DNA of 64,000 nucleotides, from positions 26,660-90,659 of the forward strand of contig JAGWGZ010000001.1 of the NCBI GenBank assembly GCA_028867075.1, written 5' to 3'. Made by a program: the position numbers and the translations under genes. The notes below the pieces were generated by a model that saw only the letters and a program-made list of their open reading frames with translations, was not told the DNA's origin and did no database searches. This DNA comes from Nanobdellota archaeon. Its GTDB lineage: Archaea > Nanobdellota > Nanobdellia > Pacearchaeales > GW2011-AR1. The stretch's first letter is position 1; each line of letters begins with the position of its first letter. This document shows, in pieces, positions 48,189 through 58,893 of the stretch.

Positions 48189-49229
48189 ATGCTCACAAAG
48201 AAACAGGTCAATGAAATAAAAGAGATACTCCAAAATTCAAGCAACCCTCTTTTTCTTTTTGATAACGATCCTGATGGACTATGCAGCTTTCTGCTTCTCC
48301 AGAGATATGCCGGACGCGGAAAGGGAGTCCCGATAAAATCTTTTCCCGCCCTTGATGAAGTCTACTTCAGAAAAATAGAAGAGCTGGAACCCGATTGTCT
48401 CTTTATCCTGGACAAGCCCGTTGTTTCAAAAGATTTCTTTGACAGGGTGAGGCAGGTGAATCTTCCTATTGTCTGGATAGACCATCATGAAATAAATAAA
48501 AAAGATATTCCAAGATTTGTAAAGTATTACAATCCCCTGTTCAACAGGAAAAAGTCAGAAGAACCAGTCACCGCCCTTTGCTATCAGGTAAATAACAGCA
48601 GAGACCTAATGTGGCTCGCAGTCGCAGGATGCGTGTCAGACAGTTTCCTTCCAGACTTTTACCATGATTTCAGAAAGAATTATCCCGACCTTTCAGTTGA
48701 AGCAAACGAAGCATTTGATGTCTTTTACAGATCTCAGATTGGAAAGATAGCGAGGATGTTCAGTTTCGGGCTTAAAGATACAATGACGAATGTGGTGAAT
48801 ATGATCCGTTTTCTGGTTAAAGCGAGCACTCCTTATGAGGTTCTGGAAGATTCCTCAAAAAACCACACGATGCATCGCAAATTTGAGCAGATAGAGGGCA
48901 AGTATCAAAAACTTCTGAAAAAGGCGGAGAGACTGGGGGGAAAATCAGGCAAGATCATGTTCTTTGAATACGGCGGAGAGCTGAGCATTAGCTCTGATTT
49001 GGCAAATGAACTTTGTTACAGGTTTCCGAATAAAACAGTGGTGGTGATTTATCTTTCTGGAGTAAAGGCAAATATCTCTGTAAGAGGCGATAATATAAGG
49101 GAGAAATTAGTTGGGGCATTAAATGGTTTGCAGGATTCTTCCGGGGGCGGTCACAAGAATGCTGCAGGTGGACGCGTGAACATAGAAGATCTGAAAGTTT
49201 TCAAGGAAAGATTTCAAAAATTATTTTAG
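48189..49229 (+). CDS. DHH/DHHA1-family phosphoesterase (RecJ-like/nanoRNase-like)
   Basis: N-terminal DNDPDG DHH motif, C-terminal GGGHKNAAGG DHHA1 motif. Confidence 0.65.
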   Translation: MLTKKQVNEIKEILQNSSNPLFLFDNDPDGLCSFLLLQRYAGRGKGVPIKSFPALDEVYFRKIEELEPDCLFILDKPVVSKDFFDRVRQVNLPIVWIDHHEINKKDIPRFVKYYNPLFNRKKSEEPVTALCYQVNNSRDLMWLAVAGCVSDSFLPDFYHDFRKNYPDLSVEANEAFDVFYRSQIGKIARMFSFGLKDTMTNVVNMIRFLVKASTPYEVLEDSSKNHTMHRKFEQIEGKYQKLLKKAERLGGKSGKIMFFEYGGELSISSDLANELCYRFPNKTVVVIYLSGVKANISVRGDNIREKLVGALNGLQDSSGGGHKNAAGGRVNIEDLKVFKERFQKLF

Positions 49230-49559
49230 GTTATGCAGAAGATGAATTAATCCGGATGCCGCGATCCCTGCTCCTGTAATTATGGCAGCATTGTATAAAG
49301 TTAGCAGGACATCTGTCGCAAATCCCCTTATCCTATATTCAGTTATTTTTTCATCTGTTCTTTTTGCAATATACATCGCTTCTGCAATCTTACATTTGTC
49401 CAAGAAATCTCCGATTTCGTATTCATCTAAAAGGGTATGAATCTCATCTCCGGAACTTGCCAGCATCTGATTTAATGCTTTGAGATTTCTATGATGATGC
49501 TGTATCACTCCTCCTATCGGGCTTAAGTCTGAAAATGCTATCTCATATCCGTCTGCCAT
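49221..49559 (-). CDS. hypothetical protein
   Basis: 112-aa ORF only. Confidence 0.3.
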   Translation of the reverse strand: MADGYEIAFSDLSPIGGVIQHHHRNLKALNQMLASSGDEIHTLLDEYEIGDFLDKCKIAEAMYIAKRTDEKITEYRIRGFATDVLLTLYNAAIITGAGIAASGLIHLLHNLK

Positions 49560-49957
49560 TTTTCTGGTGGCAATTTATTGTTTTTAAATTTAGTGGTATT
49601 GCATTTACCAAAGAAATCTTTAAAAATCCAGTCTTCTTGTTTAAGATATGAATAAACCGGATTGGATGTGCGCGAAATTTAATTGCGTGCTTTCTATTCT
49701 AGTTTATACTACAATTAAAAACTCAATTTAATCTGGCTCTCTGGGTTTGGGTTGGATTGAGATGATTCTTATTTAATTCAAGCTCAGGTTCCACGGATTG
49801 GAGTTAAGGTGGAAAAAAACGAAATGGAAAAAGAAGCAGTTGAAAGGGAATTGAGTGTGTTGCTTGAGATGACCTTCAAGCTGGAAGATGAAGTTAATTC
49901 TTTTTCAAACGCGGAAGATTAACCAGAATCAAGCATAGCAAGCTGTTCTTCTAGATA

Positions 49958-51418
49958 TTAGTAGCTCTTTCCAACGTAAACAATTTTATTCGCTTTTCTT
50001 TTGCAGATTATGCATTTTTCATTTGCCCCTGGCTTTTCATTTTTATCTGCCAAAGTTCCCCTGACAGAGGCCCCTATATCTTTTTCTATAATCTCAGCAC
50101 ATTTAATGCCATCATTTTCAGTTGAGCAGAAGCTGATTCTTCCTATCTTCTTTTCTCTTATAGCTTTTTTCAGTTCATCTTTTGTCCTGCAATTTTCTAT
50201 CTTTCCTTTCATAAATGCATCTGCCTTACTTATTAGACGCGCATCATATTCCTCACCTTTCTTTTTCAGTTCGTTCAATTTTGAGAAAGAAACATATTCT
50301 TTTTTTCTGTTATCCCGTGTAAAAATGGATGCTTTTTTTTCTTTCAGTTCTTTTTCCCCTATCTCTATCCTGAACGGCACGCCTTTCAGTTCCCATTCAT
50401 AAAACTTTTCGCCCGGGCGCTTCTCTTCCCGTGAATCAAGCTCAATTCTTAGTCCCTGCTCTTCCAGCATTTCTTTTATTTTTTGCGCTTCTTTGATAAT
50501 CTGACTTTTGTTTTCATTTGTGAATATCGGAATTATCACCGCCTGTATTGGAGAAATGCAGAATGGCATTACCAGTCCTGAATCATCACCGTGTATTGAA
50601 ATTACAGATGCGAGGATCCTTGAAATTGCCGGCCCGTAGCAGGTTTGCCAGACATATTGCTCCTTCCCGTTTTCGTCCCTGAATTTTATGTCAAATGACT
50701 TTGAGAAATTCTGTCCAAGGAGATGGGTTGAGGGCTGCTGGAGAATCTTTCCGTCAGGCATCAGGGTATCAGAGGCGACAGTATACTCTGCTCCTGCAAA
50801 TTTGTCCCATGACGGCCTTTTCATGGGGAGGAAAGGAATCCCGAACCTTTGATGCATTATTTCTTCTGTTGTTTTTATGTCATCCAGAACCTGCCTTTCC
50901 GCTTCTGCTTTTGTCTCGAAGCAATCGTGCGTTTCAATCCAGTAGAACTCGCGCGTTCTTATCAGCGGGCGCGTTGCCTTTGTCTCATAACGAAAAACAT
51001 TTGCCCTTTGATATAATTTTAGAGGCAAGTCTCTCCACGAGCGAATCCAGATTGAATACATCTGGTACATCGCTGTTTCTGAAGTCGGGCGCAGAGCAAG
51101 CTTTTCCTCTCCCTGGACCTTTTCAAGCCAGAAAACTTCAGGAGTGAAGCCTTTGATATGTTCTGCCTCTTTTTTGAAATTTCCCTCGGGAATCACGATA
51201 GGGAAAAACGTGGGCTTGTGCCCTTTTTTTTGGAGAGCTTTTTCATATAAGTCATACATGTTTTCCATTGACATTGCTCCCCACGGTCTTATAACCATGA
51301 AGCCCTTGACCCGGTATCTTATGTCTGTTATTTCTGCTTTTTCAAGAACCTCTGTATACCACTCTGAGAAATCTTCTTTTTTCACGCTCAAACCTTCATG
51401 GGATTTTTGGCCCTTCAT
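49958..51418 (-). CDS. proS: prolyl-tRNA synthetase, archaeal/eukaryotic type with C-terminal zinc-binding domain
   Basis: Class II core; C-terminal CIICKRK...YVGKSY typical of archaeal-type ProRS; 486 aa. Confidence 0.85.
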   Translation of the reverse strand: MKGQKSHEGLSVKKEDFSEWYTEVLEKAEITDIRYRVKGFMVIRPWGAMSMENMYDLYEKALQKKGHKPTFFPIVIPEGNFKKEAEHIKGFTPEVFWLEKVQGEEKLALRPTSETAMYQMYSIWIRSWRDLPLKLYQRANVFRYETKATRPLIRTREFYWIETHDCFETKAEAERQVLDDIKTTEEIMHQRFGIPFLPMKRPSWDKFAGAEYTVASDTLMPDGKILQQPSTHLLGQNFSKSFDIKFRDENGKEQYVWQTCYGPAISRILASVISIHGDDSGLVMPFCISPIQAVIIPIFTNENKSQIIKEAQKIKEMLEEQGLRIELDSREEKRPGEKFYEWELKGVPFRIEIGEKELKEKKASIFTRDNRKKEYVSFSKLNELKKKGEEYDARLISKADAFMKGKIENCRTKDELKKAIREKKIGRISFCSTENDGIKCAEIIEKDIGASVRGTLADKNEKPGANEKCIICKRKANKIVYVGKSY

Positions 51419-51419
51419 T

Positions 51420-52292
51420 TTAATAATTAATTAAGGTCTCATTTAAATATTGCTGTGAAATGTTGTTTATCGCCTGCTTGATATAATTTGATTCAAGGGC
51501 GAAGCCGAGATTTTCTCCTCCTGAGATTTTGAAATTGTTTATTCCTATGACCTGGCCCTGCTGGTTTATCAGAGGCCCGCCGGAGTTTCCGGGATTCAGG
51601 GAAGCGTCTGTCTGGAAATAATAATTTAACCCGTTTATTCCCTGCCTGTTGATTGCAGAAATTATCCCTTCTGAAACAGAGAACTGCAGTCCAAGAGGAT
51701 TTCCTATTGCAATGACTTTGTCTCCAACCTGCACGCTGCCTGAGTTTCCCAAATTAAGGGGAGTGTATGTGCCCGGAATTTTCAACAAGGCTATGTCAAG
51801 ATTTCCGTTGTATCCTATGAATTGTGCATTTATTGTGTTCTGGTTTTCCGTTATTACCTGAATATTTGATGCCAGATAACCGCTTGAGTCTGCAAGGACA
51901 TGCGCATTTGTCACAATGTAACCCCGCGAGTCAATTATGAATCCTGTTCCCTGTGCTGCAGATGTCCTCACGGTCACGACGGACTGGAGAGATGATTGTA
52001 TTATTCCTGAGAAGTCCCCGCTTGAACTTGCTTTTAACAGATTGATTTGGCTCTGAAAGTTTTGCTGGCTGCTTTTAGTCAGGTTTTGCAGCTGCAGGAG
52101 GCTTGATGAAAGAGAATTAATCTGCGATTGCGTTGTTGTCTGCAATTCAGACAGTTTGTCATTTATGATATTGTAATGCTGGATTTCCTGAACGTATAAA
52201 GAGTACATTATAACCCCCAGGATAATAATCAAAGAGATAACAAAAAGGCTGAAGCTCCCGATAAGAATCTTATGATGCCTCTTTAATGCCAT
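51420..52292 (-). CDS. membrane-anchored trypsin-like (S1) serine protease
   Basis: N-terminal TM; catalytic motifs TNAHV (His), GNSGGPL (Ser). Confidence 0.75.
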   Translation of the reverse strand: MALKRHHKILIGSFSLFVISLIIILGVIMYSLYVQEIQHYNIINDKLSELQTTTQSQINSLSSSLLQLQNLTKSSQQNFQSQINLLKASSSGDFSGIIQSSLQSVVTVRTSAAQGTGFIIDSRGYIVTNAHVLADSSGYLASNIQVITENQNTINAQFIGYNGNLDIALLKIPGTYTPLNLGNSGSVQVGDKVIAIGNPLGLQFSVSEGIISAINRQGINGLNYYFQTDASLNPGNSGGPLINQQGQVIGINNFKISGGENLGFALESNYIKQAINNISQQYLNETLINY

Positions 52293-52344
52293 ATCTAGAA
52301 AAGATTTTTATTGTTATTAAATATTCCCACTTTACCGGTGTATA

Positions 52345-52416
52345 TAGGCCCGGAGGGATTCGAACCCCCATTACCCGGTCCGAAGCCGGGGAGTCTATCC
52401 ATTGACCTACAGGCCC
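52345..52416 (-). tRNA. tRNA-Arg (anticodon UCG)
   Basis: Reverse complement: acceptor GGGCCTG/CGGGCCT (G1-U72 wobble) plus A73; anticodon stem CCCGG/CCGGG with loop CTTCGGA; T-arm GGGGG-TTCGAAT-CCCTC; TATA-like box about 30 nt upstream. Confidence 0.6.
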
Positions 52417-52451
52417 AAAAAATCAAATAGAACTCACTTTTTATATTTAGC

Positions 52452-53819
52452 CTATCTCAGCCTCTTCTCCAAAATTTCCTTTGCAATCCTTGAATCAGCG
52501 CGCCCGCGCGATTCTTTCATGACCTGTCCGATTAAGAAATTTAATGCTGTTTGATTTCCTGCTTTGAAATCCTCAACAGCTTTTTTATTGGCTTTTATTA
52601 TTCTTTCTGCAAGAGATTCAATCTCTTTTTTGTCTGTTATCTTTTCTTTCCCCCGGAACTCCTTTGCGGGAGGGAATGAGCGGGGAATAAATTTGTTCAG
52701 GGTCTTCTTTGCCTGTTCTTCTGTTATTTTCCCTTTTTGCAGCAGCTCAAGAAGCTCAATGAAATGCTCTGGTTTTATATCAATCTCCGGCGAATCAAGT
52801 GAAGTTTTGTTATAATTCAAAACTCTAAGAAGTTCAATTGTAACCCACGGTACAGCCAGCTTCGGGTTTATTTTTGTTATGACCCTTTCAAAGAACTCCG
52901 CAACTTCAATCTTTTGCGAGAGAACCTCTGCGTATTTCTTTTCTATGCTGTATTTTTTTATTAATTTCTGCAACTTTTCTTGGGGCGTTTCAGGCAAGGA
53001 TTTTCTTATTTTTTCTATTCTTTGAGCCTCAAGGATAATAGCAGGCAGGTCCGGGTCTGAGATGAATCTGTAGTCCTGTTCTGTTTCTTTCTCACGCATC
53101 TTTTTTGTTATTCCTTTTGCCTCATCAAACATTCTCGTTTCTTTGCTCTTCGGAACTCCCTCTTTCTTTTGCCTTGCTTCTTCATATCCTATCGCTGCCT
53201 TTATGTTTTTCAAGCTATTGACATTTTTTATTTCAACTCTCTCGCCTTTCATTTCCGGAAGAGAAACATTGACGTCTGCTTTCAATCCGAGGTTCCTGTC
53301 CAGGGATTTTATGTAACCTAGGGTTATTATTAATTGTTTCAGCCAGTTGTAAACTTGTTCAGAAGAAACGAAATCCGGCTCTGTGACAATTTCTATTAAA
53401 GGAGAACCGGATTTGTTGTAATCTATTTCTCCTGTCTTTGGATTCCAGGCAGCGGGGTCTTCTTCAAGGTGAACTTCTTTTATCCTTATTCCTAAAAATT
53501 TTCCGTTTATTCCAACCGGAAAAGCATGCGTCCCTGAAATTGTATTCTGATATCCTTTTGGCAGGTCAGGCCAGTCATAATGTTTCCTCTGCCATATCAG
53601 TTCCTTATTTATTTTGCATTGCAGAATCAGAGCAGTCTGCACTGTTTTGTCCACAGCTGCCTTATTTGGAAGCATTGGTTTTGCCCCGGGCTGGCCCGCG
53701 CAAATCGGGCAGATGTTTGTGTTCGGTCTTGTAAGTTTAGCCCCATGGATTGATTTGCATGTGCAGAATAATTTTTCCCTGGTGTCAAGATAGCCATGGA
53801 TTTCAAGCCCTATTTTCAT
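52452..53819 (-). CDS. gatB: Asp/Glu-tRNA amidotransferase subunit B
   Basis: MKIGLEIH...LFCTC, CPICAGQPGAKP, HLEEDPA, DVNVS, EIKNVNS, YRFISDPDLP and C-terminal GatB/YqeY domain. Confidence 0.85.
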   Translation of the reverse strand: MKIGLEIHGYLDTREKLFCTCKSIHGAKLTRPNTNICPICAGQPGAKPMLPNKAAVDKTVQTALILQCKINKELIWQRKHYDWPDLPKGYQNTISGTHAFPVGINGKFLGIRIKEVHLEEDPAAWNPKTGEIDYNKSGSPLIEIVTEPDFVSSEQVYNWLKQLIITLGYIKSLDRNLGLKADVNVSLPEMKGERVEIKNVNSLKNIKAAIGYEEARQKKEGVPKSKETRMFDEAKGITKKMREKETEQDYRFISDPDLPAIILEAQRIEKIRKSLPETPQEKLQKLIKKYSIEKKYAEVLSQKIEVAEFFERVITKINPKLAVPWVTIELLRVLNYNKTSLDSPEIDIKPEHFIELLELLQKGKITEEQAKKTLNKFIPRSFPPAKEFRGKEKITDKKEIESLAERIIKANKKAVEDFKAGNQTALNFLIGQVMKESRGRADSRIAKEILEKRLR

Positions 53820-53892
53820 AAATAAAATATCCAGAAGGAATTTATTAAGTTAATGCTGATAGATTTAAAAGATCCTTCGTACTAATATTGTC

Positions 53893-54096
53893 ATGGAAAG
53901 AAAGGTTAACTGGGTTGTTTGCCTTATCATGTCTATAATTTTTGGAGGATTAGGTGTTGACAGGTTCATCATGGGAAAAGTAGGAACAGGAATTCTTAAG
54001 TTGATTACTCTCGGTGGATTGGGGATCTGGTGGTTAGTCGACCTGATATTGATTGCAACAAAGCATGAGTTCAAAGACGTTCAATGGATAGACTGA
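53893..54096 (+). CDS. TM2-domain small membrane protein
   Basis: GGLGVDRFIMGK...GGLGIWWLVDLIL matches the TM2 domain pattern. Confidence 0.55.
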   Translation: MERKVNWVVCLIMSIIFGGLGVDRFIMGKVGTGILKLITLGGLGIWWLVDLILIATKHEFKDVQWID

Positions 54097-54140
54097 TTTA
54101 AATCGCAAATCTTTTTATATAACTTAATTTTCTTTTAATT

Positions 54141-55448
54141 ATGGAATCAAAATCCCATGATGCAAAGCCGGGCGATTATGTTGAAATCTCCTTGATGAAA
54201 AGTTCATATGAGGGAACCTTGCTTGAAGCGCCTGAAAATGAAAAAGGAATTGTTCTGCTGAAGCTTAAGTCAGGATATAACTTCGGAATAAACAGAAGAG
54301 ACATAACTGAAATAAAAGTTTTGAGAAAGTTTTCTGAAGGAAAAGAGGAGAATTTTGAGGTAAAAAAAGACAGGGAAAAGCCGAATATAGCAATGATAAT
54401 CACCGGGGGGACAATTGCCGCGCGATTAAACCCTAAGAAAGGGGGCGTTGACTGGCTGACTTCACCCGAAGATTTATTCAAGTTTTATCCTGAGATTTTC
54501 AAGATAGTAAATGTTGTAAGGGTTGAGATTCCCTTTATGAAAGCTTCTGAAGACATGAACTATAAGGACTGGCAAAAGATTGCAAAGACAGCTGAGAAAC
54601 TCCTGAATGACGGGAATATCAGCGGGATAATAATAACTCATGGAACTGATTTTTTGCATTATACTTCTTCGGCGCTTTCATTCTTTCTCAGAAATCTGAA
54701 CAAGCCCGTTGCTCTCACATACTCTCAAAGAAGCACTGACCGTGCAAGCAGTGACGCGAATCTGAATCTTCAATGTGCAGCTCTTGCAGCCACTTCTGAT
54801 ATTGCAGAAGTCATGTTGGTGGGTCATGCAACTTCAAATGATGACTTCTGCTATTCAATGCCCGGAACAAAAGTGAGAAAATTGCATACCTCTCGAAGAG
54901 ATGCCTTTAAAATTGTCAATTCAGAGCCGTTTGCAAAAATATTTCCTTCCGGAGATATTCACAAGATCTCCGAGTATAATCTAAGAAATAAGAATAAAGC
55001 CAAAGTCGATGCAAAATTTGAGGAAAAGATTGCGCTTGTTAAAGTTTATCCCGGACAAGATCCGGCCATTTTGGATTATTATTTGAAAAATAAATACAAA
55101 GGAATTGTTCTGGAACTCTCCGGGCTTGGGCATGCTCCAACAATGAGGTCAAGAAAAGGCTGGACAAGAAAACTCAAGGAGGTTATTTCTCGAGGAATGA
55201 TTGTTTGCGCTGCTCCTCAGACAATTTATGGAAGACTTGACCCTTATGTTTACTCCAACGGAAGGGAGATTCTGGACACAGGTGTAATTTATCTTGAAGA
55301 TATGCTTTCTGAAACCGCTTTTGTAAAGCTCGGCTGGGTTTTGGGGCATGGAGAGTGGGTTAAAAGTAAAGAGAAGATTAAAGAGAAAATGCTTGAAAAT
55401 TTTGCCCACGAGATTAACCGAAGGATAAGCGAAAATGAGTTTGCCTGA
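54141..55448 (+). CDS. gatD: Glu-tRNA(Gln) amidotransferase subunit D (asparaginase-like)
   Basis: IAMIITGGTIAAR asparaginase-type threonine motif; 435 aa; N-terminal GatD-specific domain. Confidence 0.85.
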   Translation: MESKSHDAKPGDYVEISLMKSSYEGTLLEAPENEKGIVLLKLKSGYNFGINRRDITEIKVLRKFSEGKEENFEVKKDREKPNIAMIITGGTIAARLNPKKGGVDWLTSPEDLFKFYPEIFKIVNVVRVEIPFMKASEDMNYKDWQKIAKTAEKLLNDGNISGIIITHGTDFLHYTSSALSFFLRNLNKPVALTYSQRSTDRASSDANLNLQCAALAATSDIAEVMLVGHATSNDDFCYSMPGTKVRKLHTSRRDAFKIVNSEPFAKIFPSGDIHKISEYNLRNKNKAKVDAKFEEKIALVKVYPGQDPAILDYYLKNKYKGIVLELSGLGHAPTMRSRKGWTRKLKEVISRGMIVCAAPQTIYGRLDPYVYSNGREILDTGVIYLEDMLSETAFVKLGWVLGHGEWVKSKEKIKEKMLENFAHEINRRISENEFA

Positions 55449-55892
55449 TTATTTTATCTTCTTTTCAATTCGATTAAGCTGTTTTCTTATTTCCTGAATT
55501 TCCTTTTCTGCTTTTCTGTTGACAGCATAATCATATTGTGAGCGAAGCCTGTCCCTTTGAGATTCCCGATTTTGCGACATAAGTATTATCGGTGCCTGGA
55601 TTGCAGCAAGGCAGCTTAAGACAAGATTCAGGAGAATGAACGGGTAGGGGTCCCAGTGATTCATCCAGGCAACAGCATTCAGAATCATCCAAATGACAAG
55701 AATAATTAGAAGAGAGATTATGAAGACCCAGCTGCCTGCGATGGAAGTAAGAATATCTGCTGCTTTCTGCCCGAAGGTTTCCCTGACCTTTGACGGATGA
55801 ACTATTAGGACGGGAGTTTCGTCTTTGAGGTCATCAACAAGGTCCGCATTCTTGATATCTTTCACCTTTTTTTCCATTTCTGTTAAAAACAA
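55449..55892 (-). CDS. DUF1003-family membrane protein
   Basis: Two TM helices followed by QAPIILMSQNRESQRD; typical DUF1003 size (147 aa). Confidence 0.5.
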   Translation of the reverse strand: MFLTEMEKKVKDIKNADLVDDLKDETPVLIVHPSKVRETFGQKAADILTSIAGSWVFIISLLIILVIWMILNAVAWMNHWDPYPFILLNLVLSCLAAIQAPIILMSQNRESQRDRLRSQYDYAVNRKAEKEIQEIRKQLNRIEKKIK

Positions 55893-55985
55893 GAGAGTTT
55901 TATAAAAGTTCTTGACATAAGCGTTATGACTACTCAGGGGTTACAGATAGGAAGATTTAAATATCTTTGAAAATTAGAATGGTTC

Positions 55986-56786
55986 ATGAATTACATTGAA
56001 AGAGAATTGGCTACTGAAATTGAAATGAGGATGGAATTTATTAGAAGTCACTATAATTCTGAAGTGAAATCCAGGTCCAGAAAACTCATGACCAGTGAAA
56101 TTGAGAAGACCTCGCAGGTTCATTCATATAGAATGGAAAATCCCCAGATAATCGTTCCTTTTTCTGTCCCACGAAATAAGCATAAGAAAGAGATTAGACA
56201 AGGAATTAAGAATATAGAAAGAGCATTTGAATGGGGAATAGAGAATTTTGACCCCGGAAATTTTGACGATATCTTTGTAAGGGAGATTGCGGGGAGAGTT
56301 ACTCCTGAGCTTTATGATACACAAATTGCACAGTATCGGGATCGGAATGTGGTTATCTCTGGAGCGAGTGTCACCCCGCCTTATCCGACAAAATTAATTA
56401 AGAAAGAGATGCCGGAGTTTATTCAGTCTCTTAGAAGGCAACTTAAATGCCCAAATGATTTAAACAAAATTGAAGCAGCTATTTATGCTCACCTTCATCT
56501 TGCAAGGATACATCCTTTTTTGGACGGTAATGGGAGAACAGCAAGGGTTGTCCAGAATGTTATACTCTACCATAATGATATCCCCCCTCCAGTGATAGAA
56601 ACCGGTGAGAGAATGACATACTATAAAATGCTTGATCAAGCAGTATTGGATATTGATGAATCAAAGGCCATCGGACATGAAGGAGCTAAAACCGAGGGAG
56701 AGAGCTTATTTTATAATTACATGGCAGGAAAAATAAATGCCTCTTTGGATAAGATAATTTATTACTGCAATAATCATTTTCATTAA
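55986..56786 (+). CDS. Fic-family protein (putative AMPylator)
   Basis: Canonical Fic motif HPFLDGNGRTARV; 266 aa. Confidence 0.8.
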   Translation: MNYIERELATEIEMRMEFIRSHYNSEVKSRSRKLMTSEIEKTSQVHSYRMENPQIIVPFSVPRNKHKKEIRQGIKNIERAFEWGIENFDPGNFDDIFVREIAGRVTPELYDTQIAQYRDRNVVISGASVTPPYPTKLIKKEMPEFIQSLRRQLKCPNDLNKIEAAIYAHLHLARIHPFLDGNGRTARVVQNVILYHNDIPPPVIETGERMTYYKMLDQAVLDIDESKAIGHEGAKTEGESLFYNYMAGKINASLDKIIYYCNNHFH

Positions 56787-56816
56787 TTTAATAAACTCTT
56801 CCCATTTTTTATTTGA

Positions 56817-58262
56817 ATGGGTAAGTTCGATTATAAAGGGCTGGGGTTGAGATGCGGACTTGAAATTCATCAGCAGCTGAATACAAAGAAACTATTTTGT
56901 GAGTGCCTGAGCGTTCTAAGAAGTGATGAGCCTGATTTTACGGTAAAAAGAAAACTTCATGCTGTTGCGGGCGAGAGCGGAGAGATAGACATTGCTGCAC
57001 GTTATCAGGCATCTTTGGAAAAGAATTTTATCTATCAGGGTTATGATGACACGACCTGCCTTGTTGAATTGGATGAAGCTCCACCAAGGGAGATCAACAG
57101 AGATGCTCTTAAAATTGCTGTCCAGGTGGCTTTGCTGCTTAACTGCAAAATAATCCCGATAACGCAGATAATGAGAAAGACCGTGATTGACGGAAGCAAC
57201 ACCTCAGGATTCCAGAGAACGGTTCTAATTGCAAGAGATGGTTATGTTGAAACAGCTTACGGGAAAATAGGAATTGAGAGCGTTTGTTTAGAAGAAGATT
57301 CCGCCAGAATAATCTCAGGAAAAAATAATGAGGTAACATACAGGCTTGACAGGCTTGGGATACCTTTGATAGAGATTGCAACTTCGCCGAACATATTCAA
57401 TCCTGATGCTGCAAAAGAAGTTGCACTGCATATTGGGAATGTCCTGAGAAGTTGTGATGTCCGAAGAGGAATAGGAACCATAAGGCAGGACGTTAATATG
57501 TCTTTAATGAAATTCGGTGGGACGAGGATCGAAATAAAAGGAGTGCAGGAACCGGCCCTGATTATCAAGACGATAAATTCGGAAATTGGACGCGAGTCAA
57601 AGGAGAAAAAGAAGATTGAACCGCAGGTCAGGAAGGCCCTGGAGAGCGGTGAAACCGAATTCCTAAGACCGATGCCCGGAGCTTCAAGGATGTATCCTGA
57701 AACAGACCTGCCTCTTTTAAGAATAAAAAAAGAATTCATTGATGAAGTAAAGAGAAGCCTTCCCAAGTTAAGATCAGAAATTGCAGAGGAGCTTAAACAT
57801 TACGGACTCCATGAAGAACTGATTAAGCTGATACTAAAAGAAGACAAAATTGATGAATTCAAAGAGCTTGCAGGCATAGTGAAGAATCCAGAGATTGTTG
57901 CAAAAGCCCTGGTTCTATATCCGCGCGAACTTGCATCAAAGAATAATCTTTCAGAAGAGAAAATTAATGAACTTCTGAACAAGGATATTTTGGCTTCACT
58001 TCTTGAGGCTGTCGCGGAAAAGAAGATTTCAGAAGGGCAGGTAAAGGAAGCCATGGAAAAAATAGCAGGCGGAAAAGAACTAGAAGAAGCGCTGAAGTTT
58101 GAAGAGCATGATTTTGACAAGATTGAAGAAAAGATAATCAATCTGATAAGGGAAAAGCCCGGGCTTTCACCAAATGCTTATATGGGCCTGCTTATGAAAG
58201 AGCTCAAGGGAAAAATCGACGCCAAGAGCCTGATGGAAGTTATAAACAGGCATTTAAAATAA
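56817..58262 (+). CDS. gatE: Glu-tRNA(Gln) amidotransferase subunit E (short form)
   Basis: LRCGLEIHQQLNTKKLFCEC N-terminus typical of GatE; C-terminal YqeY-like tail. 481 aa is about 140 aa shorter than typical GatE. Confidence 0.75.
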   Translation: MGKFDYKGLGLRCGLEIHQQLNTKKLFCECLSVLRSDEPDFTVKRKLHAVAGESGEIDIAARYQASLEKNFIYQGYDDTTCLVELDEAPPREINRDALKIAVQVALLLNCKIIPITQIMRKTVIDGSNTSGFQRTVLIARDGYVETAYGKIGIESVCLEEDSARIISGKNNEVTYRLDRLGIPLIEIATSPNIFNPDAAKEVALHIGNVLRSCDVRRGIGTIRQDVNMSLMKFGGTRIEIKGVQEPALIIKTINSEIGRESKEKKKIEPQVRKALESGETEFLRPMPGASRMYPETDLPLLRIKKEFIDEVKRSLPKLRSEIAEELKHYGLHEELIKLILKEDKIDEFKELAGIVKNPEIVAKALVLYPRELASKNNLSEEKINELLNKDILASLLEAVAEKKISEGQVKEAMEKIAGGKELEEALKFEEHDFDKIEEKIINLIREKPGLSPNAYMGLLMKELKGKIDAKSLMEVINRHLK

Positions 58263-58808
58263 TTATTTTCCGAACTTTCCGTTATACATCTCATTTGCCC
58301 TTTCAATGTCTTTGAAGGCATTCTCTTTCCCCAGAATTTCCAAGACTTTGCACTGTTTTCCCTGTAACTGCTTGTAAGTCTCAAAGAAATGCTTCAATTC
58401 CGCGAGAGTGTGGGCTGCAACATCACTCACATCCCGAATTTCCTTGTATCTGGGGTCATCATCATAAACTGCAATTATCTTGTCGTCTTTTTCCTCGCTG
58501 TCAATCATCCTCAGAACTCCAATAACCCTTACTTTCACGAGAGTCATGGGATAAATCGGGTGCCCTGTGAGAATCATAATGTCCAGCGGGTCATTGTCGT
58601 CCCAAAGCGTCTGCGGAATAAACCCGTAATCCCCCGGATAGTGAACTGCAGAATAGAGAAAACGATCCATTTTCAGCAATCCGGTTTTCTTGTCAAGTTC
58701 ATATTTTATCTTTGAATCCTTCGGAATTTCAATTACGGCATTGATTATCCCCGGGATTTTTCCGATTTCTCCGAGTTCCACATCATGCCACGGGTTTATA
58801 GAGACCAT
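58263..58808 (-). CDS. ppa: inorganic pyrophosphatase (family I)
   Basis: IEIPKDSKIKYELDKKTG and DGDPLDIMIL-type motifs; 181 aa. Confidence 0.85.
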   Translation of the reverse strand: MVSINPWHDVELGEIGKIPGIINAVIEIPKDSKIKYELDKKTGLLKMDRFLYSAVHYPGDYGFIPQTLWDDNDPLDIMILTGHPIYPMTLVKVRVIGVLRMIDSEEKDDKIIAVYDDDPRYKEIRDVSDVAAHTLAELKHFFETYKQLQGKQCKVLEILGKENAFKDIERANEMYNGKFGK

Positions 58809-58893
58809 TACTGTTTTGCACTTTCAACATTTAAAAATCTGCCGTATTCTTTCATTCAATTAATTTTAAATAGAACTTTTATTTCACATTTAA

